From NCBI GenBank assembly GCA_963772995.1, contig CAVYZQ010000013.1, positions 78,866 through 142,865 of the forward strand: 64,000 nt of DNA. The letters are read 5' to 3'. Below, piece by piece: positions 59,019 to 64,000 of the stretch. The notes under the pieces were generated by a model. The model saw only the letters and a program-made list of their open reading frames with translations. It made no database searches and was not told the origin of the DNA. Source of the DNA: an uncultured Chloroflexia bacterium. Lineage in GTDB: Bacteria; Chloroflexota; Limnocylindria; Limnocylindrales; CSP1-4. Each line of letters opens with the position of its first letter. Position 1 is the stretch's first letter. Position numbers and translations under genes: made by a program.

Positions 59019-59570
59019 ATGCGGACGAGGCTGGTCGAACGGGCGCGAGAGGGCGACGACGTCGCCTTCACCGAACTCGTCGACCTCGACGGCGACCTGT
59101 GCTACGCGATCGCGTATCGGATCCTTCGCGACGCGGATCGAGCGCAGGACGCCGTCCAGCAGGCATTCCTCCTCGCCTGGCGCGAACTCCCGCGGCTGCG
59201 TGACCCGGAGCGCTTCGGCCCGTGGCTGCATCGCCTCGCTCGTCAATGCCTGTTACGAGGAGTTGCGTCGACATCGGCGCTGGAGCACCCGAATCCGAGT
59301 CCTGCCGGTCGACGGACCGAGCGGGCCCGATCCGATGCTCTCGGTCGACGACCGGGATGCCCTTGATCGCGCCTTCGAGCGGCTGACCCCGAGCATCGCG
59401 CGGTCTTCGTCCTGCATCACCACGCCGGGCACTCCCTGGCGGAGATCGCCGACATCGTCGGCGTCCCGATCGGCACGGTGAAGTCCCGGCTTCACCACGC
59501 CACCCGAACCCTGCGCGCGGCGATCGTCGCCGACAGCCAGGTCGATCCCACGGAGGCACGACTGGCATGA
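59019..59570 (+). CDS. ECF RNA polymerase sigma factor 1 (frameshifted)
   Basis: AQDAVQQAFLLAWRELPRLRDPERFGPWL; LAEIADIVGVPIGTVKSRLH. Confidence 0.87.
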
Positions 59571-60472
59571 ACGTCCGGCGCGATCCCGACGCGATCCTCG
59601 CCTCGTGGCTGGAGGAGGGGCCGAGCCGGCTCCCCGACGCCGACGCGGCGCGCGATCGCCGTGACCACCCGAACCACCCGTCAGAACCGGCGCCCGATGC
59701 GGGTGCCCTGGAGGACACCTTCGATGAACCCACTCGGGAGGATGGCCGCCGTGGCCATCACGGTCGTCGTCGTGATCGGCGGCGCCTTCTACGCCCTCGC
59801 TCCCGGGATCGGTCCCGGTGGGCAGCCGACCGCCATACCGTCCGCGACACCGACGGCCATCCCCTCGCCGACTGCCAGCCCGACGCCCTCGCGCAACACC
59901 GGCGCCCAGCGCCCAACCGCTGGCGGCTGGCGGCGACGTCTTCCCGGGGACCTACCGCACGGCCTTTGACCCAGCCATGACCCTGACGATCGACAAGGAG
60001 GTCGCGCACAATTGCGCACCGGGCTTCCAGTGCCGCGGAACGATCGACGTCAACCTGCCCGGCTGGCTCAACATCGAGTTCGGTCAGCCGAGGATCGAGA
60101 TCCTGGTCATTCGAGTCGACAAGGTGGTCGACTCTGCAGAACCCGTCGAAGCTCGTCGATCCCCCGGCCGACCTCGTCGCCTGGATGGCCAACGTGCCAG
60201 GGATCACCGTTGTCAACCCACCGAAGGCCATCAAGGTGGGCGGACTCGATGCGACCCAGATCGACGTCCAGAGTGGAAACAAGGATCTGACGTTCGGTCC
60301 GATCCCCGGCGTGAACGACCCCGGGTTCGGGATGGGCGCGAATACCACCCAGCGGTACATCGTGGTCCACGTGGGCGGCCGACAGGTGGTCATCTCCCCA
60401 GCCGGGCAGGATCCATTCCTTCAATCGGTGGCCGAGATGCAACCACTGGTCGATTCGATCGTCTGGGATTGA
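59567..60472 (+). CDS. Putative membrane anti-sigma factor 1 (frameshifted)
   Basis: ATGA overlap with the sigma gene; WLEEGP..LPD N-terminus, TM helix, Pro/Thr linker, extracellular domain. Confidence 0.65.
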
Positions 60473-60572
60473 TCGGGCAGGACCTTCGGGCAGCGGCCGT
60501 CCCTCGAGGGCGGCCGTCTGCCGCGTTGCGGCGCTGGTGGGTGTTCAGGCTCCGGGTCGGCCGTTTCGATCG

Positions 60573-60611
60573 CTGATATCAGTTCGGCTATATCAGGACT
60601 CGTGATATCAT
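60573..60611 (+). promoter_or_regulatory. Three (G/T)ATATCA boxes; likely autoregulatory operator of the TA pair
   Basis: CTGATATCAG, CTATATCAG and TGATATCA at 14-15 bp spacing just upstream of the antitoxin. Confidence 0.55.
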
Positions 60612-60621
60612 CTACCCTGCC

Positions 60622-60897
60622 ATGACGGAGCACGTCGCGTTCCAGGTGCAATTGACTCGGAGCCAGCATCGGCGGCTGAAGGAGTTGGCTGCGGCGCGAG
60701 GCGCGTCGATGGGCTCGCTGGTCCGCGAAAGCGTGACCGAGTACCTCAGGGACCTGCCGGTCGAGGACGATCCCGCGTTCGGCATCATCGGCCTGATCGA
60801 CGACGCCGGGGAGAGGCCGCATGGATCCGTCGCGGTGCACCACGACGAGTACCTCGCGGACGCGCTCGAGGACGAGTTCACGCCTCCAAAGAAGTGA
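60622..60897 (+). CDS. vapB: Ribbon-helix-helix (CopG-like) antitoxin
   Basis: FQVQLT..QHRRLKELAAARGASMGSLVRESV; GSVAVHHDEYLA tail; overlaps the PIN gene. Confidence 0.75.
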   Translation: MTEHVAFQVQLTRSQHRRLKELAAARGASMGSLVRESVTEYLRDLPVEDDPAFGIIGLIDDAGERPHGSVAVHHDEYLADALEDEFTPPKK

Positions 60898-61307
60898 AAC
60901 CGCTATTCGCTGACACGAGCGCCCTCTATCCGGCGGCGGACCGCCGCGAGGAGGAACACCAGCGCTGCCGTGAGGCCTATGAGGCTGCCCTGCGGGCCGG
61001 CGAGACGATGGTCACGACCGAATTCGTCGTCGCGGAGCTGCACGCCCTCGCGCTCAGGCGGTCGCATCGGGATGCCGCCGTGGAGATCGTCCGCCGCCTG
61101 ACGATGACAGGCCGGATCGAGGTCAAATCCGTCGGTCCGGCACGGCTCGCCAGCGCGATCGACCTCCTCTCAACACGACGCAGGCGCTCGTACTCGCTCG
61201 TCGACGCGGTCTCCTTCGGGGTCATGCGCGAGCGCGGCATCGAGCGCGCCCTGACGCTCGATTCGGACTTCGAGGCCGAGGGGTTCGAGGTCCTCCCGGC
61301 GACCTGA
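60894..61307 (+). CDS. vapC: PIN-domain toxin
   Basis: FADTSALY, TTEFVVAE, YSLVDAVSF, ALTLDSDF. Confidence 0.88.
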   Translation: MKPLFADTSALYPAADRREEEHQRCREAYEAALRAGETMVTTEFVVAELHALALRRSHRDAAVEIVRRLTMTGRIEVKSVGPARLASAIDLLSTRRRRSYSLVDAVSFGVMRERGIERALTLDSDFEAEGFEVLPAT

Positions 61308-61495
61308 CCTTGCGGGGCGCGGAACGCTCGAACAGTCCGGGAACGCCTCCGGCCGCGCTCGCCGACGTCACGCGCTAGAGCATCCGCACTCGCTGCCCGC
61401 GGCCGGGACGAGCCCGCGATTGAACGCCGCCCGACGCCCGCCCCTCAGTATTGGTGGAAGGCGCCCCGATGTGCGCCACCGGAGGGGTCCGAAGG

Positions 61496-62047
61496 GTGGA
61501 TCGGGATCTCGTGGAGCAGGCACAGCGAGGCGATCGAGATGCCTTCGCGGTCCTTGCGCACACGCGAAGCGACCGGCTTTACGCGGTCGCCCGACGCATC
61601 CTCCGCGACGTCCACCGATCCGAGGACGCCGTGCAACAGACGCTGGTGATCGCCTGGCGTGAGTTGCCACGGCTCCGCGATCCGGATCGATTCGACGCGT
61701 GGACCATGCGACTCCTCGTTCGCACCTGCTACGCGGAAGCGCGCCAGGCGCAGGCCTGGACCCGCCAGATCCGCGTCCTCACCATCGAGCCATCGGTGCC
61801 CGACGGCTCGATCTCGATCGAGGACCGTGATCAGCTCGAGCGCGGGTTCCGTCGCCTGACGCCGGAGCAGCGCGCCATCCTCGTGCTTCGCCACTACCTC
61901 GGGCTGGAACCGACCGAGATCGCCGAGACCCTGGCGATCCCCGTCGGGACCGCCCGATCGCGCCTGCATTACGCCCACCGCGCGATGCGTGCCGCGCTCG
62001 AGGCCGACGAGCGGCCCCGGGCCACGGCCGGAGGGTCACTCGGATGA
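61496..62047 (+). CDS. ECF RNA polymerase sigma factor 2
   Basis: EDAVQQTLVIAWRELPRLRDPDRFDAW; EIAETLAIPVGTARSRLHYA. Confidence 0.9.
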   Translation: MDRDLVEQAQRGDRDAFAVLAHTRSDRLYAVARRILRDVHRSEDAVQQTLVIAWRELPRLRDPDRFDAWTMRLLVRTCYAEARQAQAWTRQIRVLTIEPSVPDGSISIEDRDQLERGFRRLTPEQRAILVLRHYLGLEPTEIAETLAIPVGTARSRLHYAHRAMRAALEADERPRATAGGSLG

Positions 62048-62905
62048 TCAAGGACCAGGACGTCGAACGCCTCCTCGACCTCTGGCTCGGGGAAGGCCCT
62101 GAAGAGGATCCCGGACGCGGTCGTCGAGCAGGCCCTCGCGACCATCGAATCGACCAACCAGGTACGAGCGCCGTTCGGTCGCTCGTGGAGAGGGATCACC
62201 ATGCCGAAGTTCGCCACGGGGGCGATCGGGACGGCCGCCGCCCTGCTCGTCGCCGTCCTCGGGGTCGGTCTGCTCGGCCGGGTCAACCAGACCTCGCCGG
62301 GCATCCCGGCCGCATCGTCATCTCCCAGTGCGTCGGCGCCGGCCGCTGCGCCGCCGTCGTCGCCTGCGGCCAGCGCATCGCCTGCGAAGTCGAGCCCATC
62401 GGCATCGAGCCGGGCGGCTGCGCCTGTCGATACCACCGACTGGGTCGCATACACATCGGAGCAGTATGGCTTCACGGTCGCCCACCCGAAGGACTGGGTC
62501 GAGCGGCCGGCGACCCGGGACTGGACGATGGCAGAGGACCGAGTCAACTACCTGACCTCTGCGGCGGAAGGGTTCGAGGCGCCCGATTACCAAAACTACG
62601 CCTCGGCATTCTCCGCCAACATCCCGGCAGGCAGCTCAAAGGACGCGTGGCTGGCCACCTACGAGGACCAATTCAACGAGTGCGAATCCATCACGACGGA
62701 AACCGGCGCCGTCGACGGTCACGCCGCCACGATCAGGCGCGGATGCGGCGAGTCGCAGGCGTTCGTGTTCATCGGTGATCGCGTCTATGTGTTCTCCATC
62801 TGGTCGAACAACGACAGGCGCATCTCCGACCCAGCGCTGGCGAGCGTGAAGGAAGGGCTCCTCGACGCCTTCATCTTGACCGTCCACTTCGGGTCCGCGG
62901 GATAG
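62044..62905 (+). CDS. Putative membrane anti-sigma factor 2 (frameshift near 62105)
   Basis: ATGA overlap; WLGEGP...PD N-terminus, TM helix, Ser/Pro linker, 'WVAYTSEQYGFTVAHPKDW' extracellular domain. Confidence 0.65.
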
Positions 62906-63133
62906 ACGGCGTCCTAGTCGGCGGCCGCCATCGCGTGATCGTGGACGACCGTACCTCGTCGACGTAGGAGCAGACATCTCACGTTCCTGGTCGAGCCCGG
63001 ACCAGATCCCGCCACCGAAGCGCGTCCTGAGGCTCGAACCGGATTCCGTTCGAGGTCCCATCCCGGTAGTTCCGCGCGCTGCTATCGGCCCGCGATGTCA
63101 TCGACTCATTCGATCGCTCCGAAGGAGATCACC

Positions 63134-64000
63134 ATGTCCCGTCATGCCCGCCGCACCGTTGCGGTCGATCGTCCTTACGCTCGCCTTCGTGGGTGTCGCC
63201 GACGGGTCCGGTCGCCGCCAGGTTCCCGGGCGCGGAACGGCCAAATCGCGTTCCAGCGAATGGACGCCGACGGCCATTGGCAGATCTGGGTGGCGAACCC
63301 GGACCTCACTGACCAGCTTCAGATCACGAGTGGCCCATCGAGCAACGGATTCCCGACTTGGTCGCCGGATGCGTCCCGCATCGCATTCCAGAGCGATCGC
63401 GCGGACCCCGACCCCAACGACGACGTCGCTATCTACGGCATCTTCACCATGCGACGCGATGGGAGCGACGTTCGGCGAGATCACCGAGTCCGTCGGCGAC
63501 AGTGAAACGCCGGGATTGGTCGCCCGATGGGCGGTGGCTGCTCTTTGCGGCAGAGGTGGAGCTCGACAACCGCGAAAGCATGGGCATCTACCTGGTCCGC
63601 AGCGACGGTTCGAGTGTCCCCCGACAGCTCACGCGATTGACGGCGTCGTCGCCCGGACAGGAGTTGGCCCGTTTCTCGCCCGACGGGAAGTACGTCGAGT
63701 ACACCGACTACCGCGTGACACCCCCGAAGACATCCCGGCGACCCGGAGGTCGAGGAGACAGCGTTGATCGTCATGCGTGCCGACGGGTCGCACGCCCGCC
63801 GCATCACCCCCTGGGCTCTTCGCGCCGGCGACGCCGACTGGTCGCCGGATGGCCGCCGGCTCGTCTTCGCGCCGCGCCGTCTAGGCCAAGGACGAGGCGT
63901 CCAAAGTGTCGCGGTCGTGGATTCCGACGGCAAGCACCTGCACGAGCTCACTCGAGGCGATGGTGTCACGGGCGAGGGCGACGACCTTCCGCTATCAGGA
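63134..64000 (+). CDS. Secreted TolB-like/PD40 beta-propeller protein (frameshifted, truncated by the window)
   Basis: SD AAGGAG; NGQIAF, PTWSPDASRIAFQSDR, FSPDGKY, WSPDGRRLVF. Confidence 0.8.

Overview
High-GC bacterial window. Gene content and style suggest Chloroflexota, possibly Limnocylindria (inference, not checked). Many single-base frameshifts in essential genes point to long-read indel errors rather than pseudogenes. In order: the 5' 11 kb of a giant secreted Calx-beta/PKD/Ig-like repeat protein; a minus-strand ilvB-ilvN-ilvC-leuA-leuB-cimA-(stand-alone LeuA regulatory domain)-pheA operon with a Leu-rich leader-peptide attenuator; a DUF5317-like gene plus a 29-aa peptide; leuCD, MarP-like protease, ilvD, LLM oxidoreductase, M20 peptidase, MarR; fabD and two fabF genes separated by an XRE gene inside inverted repeat arrays; a Dpp-like ABC importer; copA, ogt, SDR, M24 peptidase; CBS-korA-korB-CBS; an aldolase; two ECF sigma/anti-sigma pairs around vapBC; a PD40 protein. 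Best candidate novel system (41.75-46.8 kb): a prohormone-like acidic precursor with seven L(K/R)RRD motifs, an MFS-cNMP fusion, a second DTxGQ peptide gene, then Crp/Fnr, GAF and a cytoplasmic S8 protease. Both peptide genes share a 39-bp upstream motif lying exactly 63 bp before a TAnnnT -10 box.
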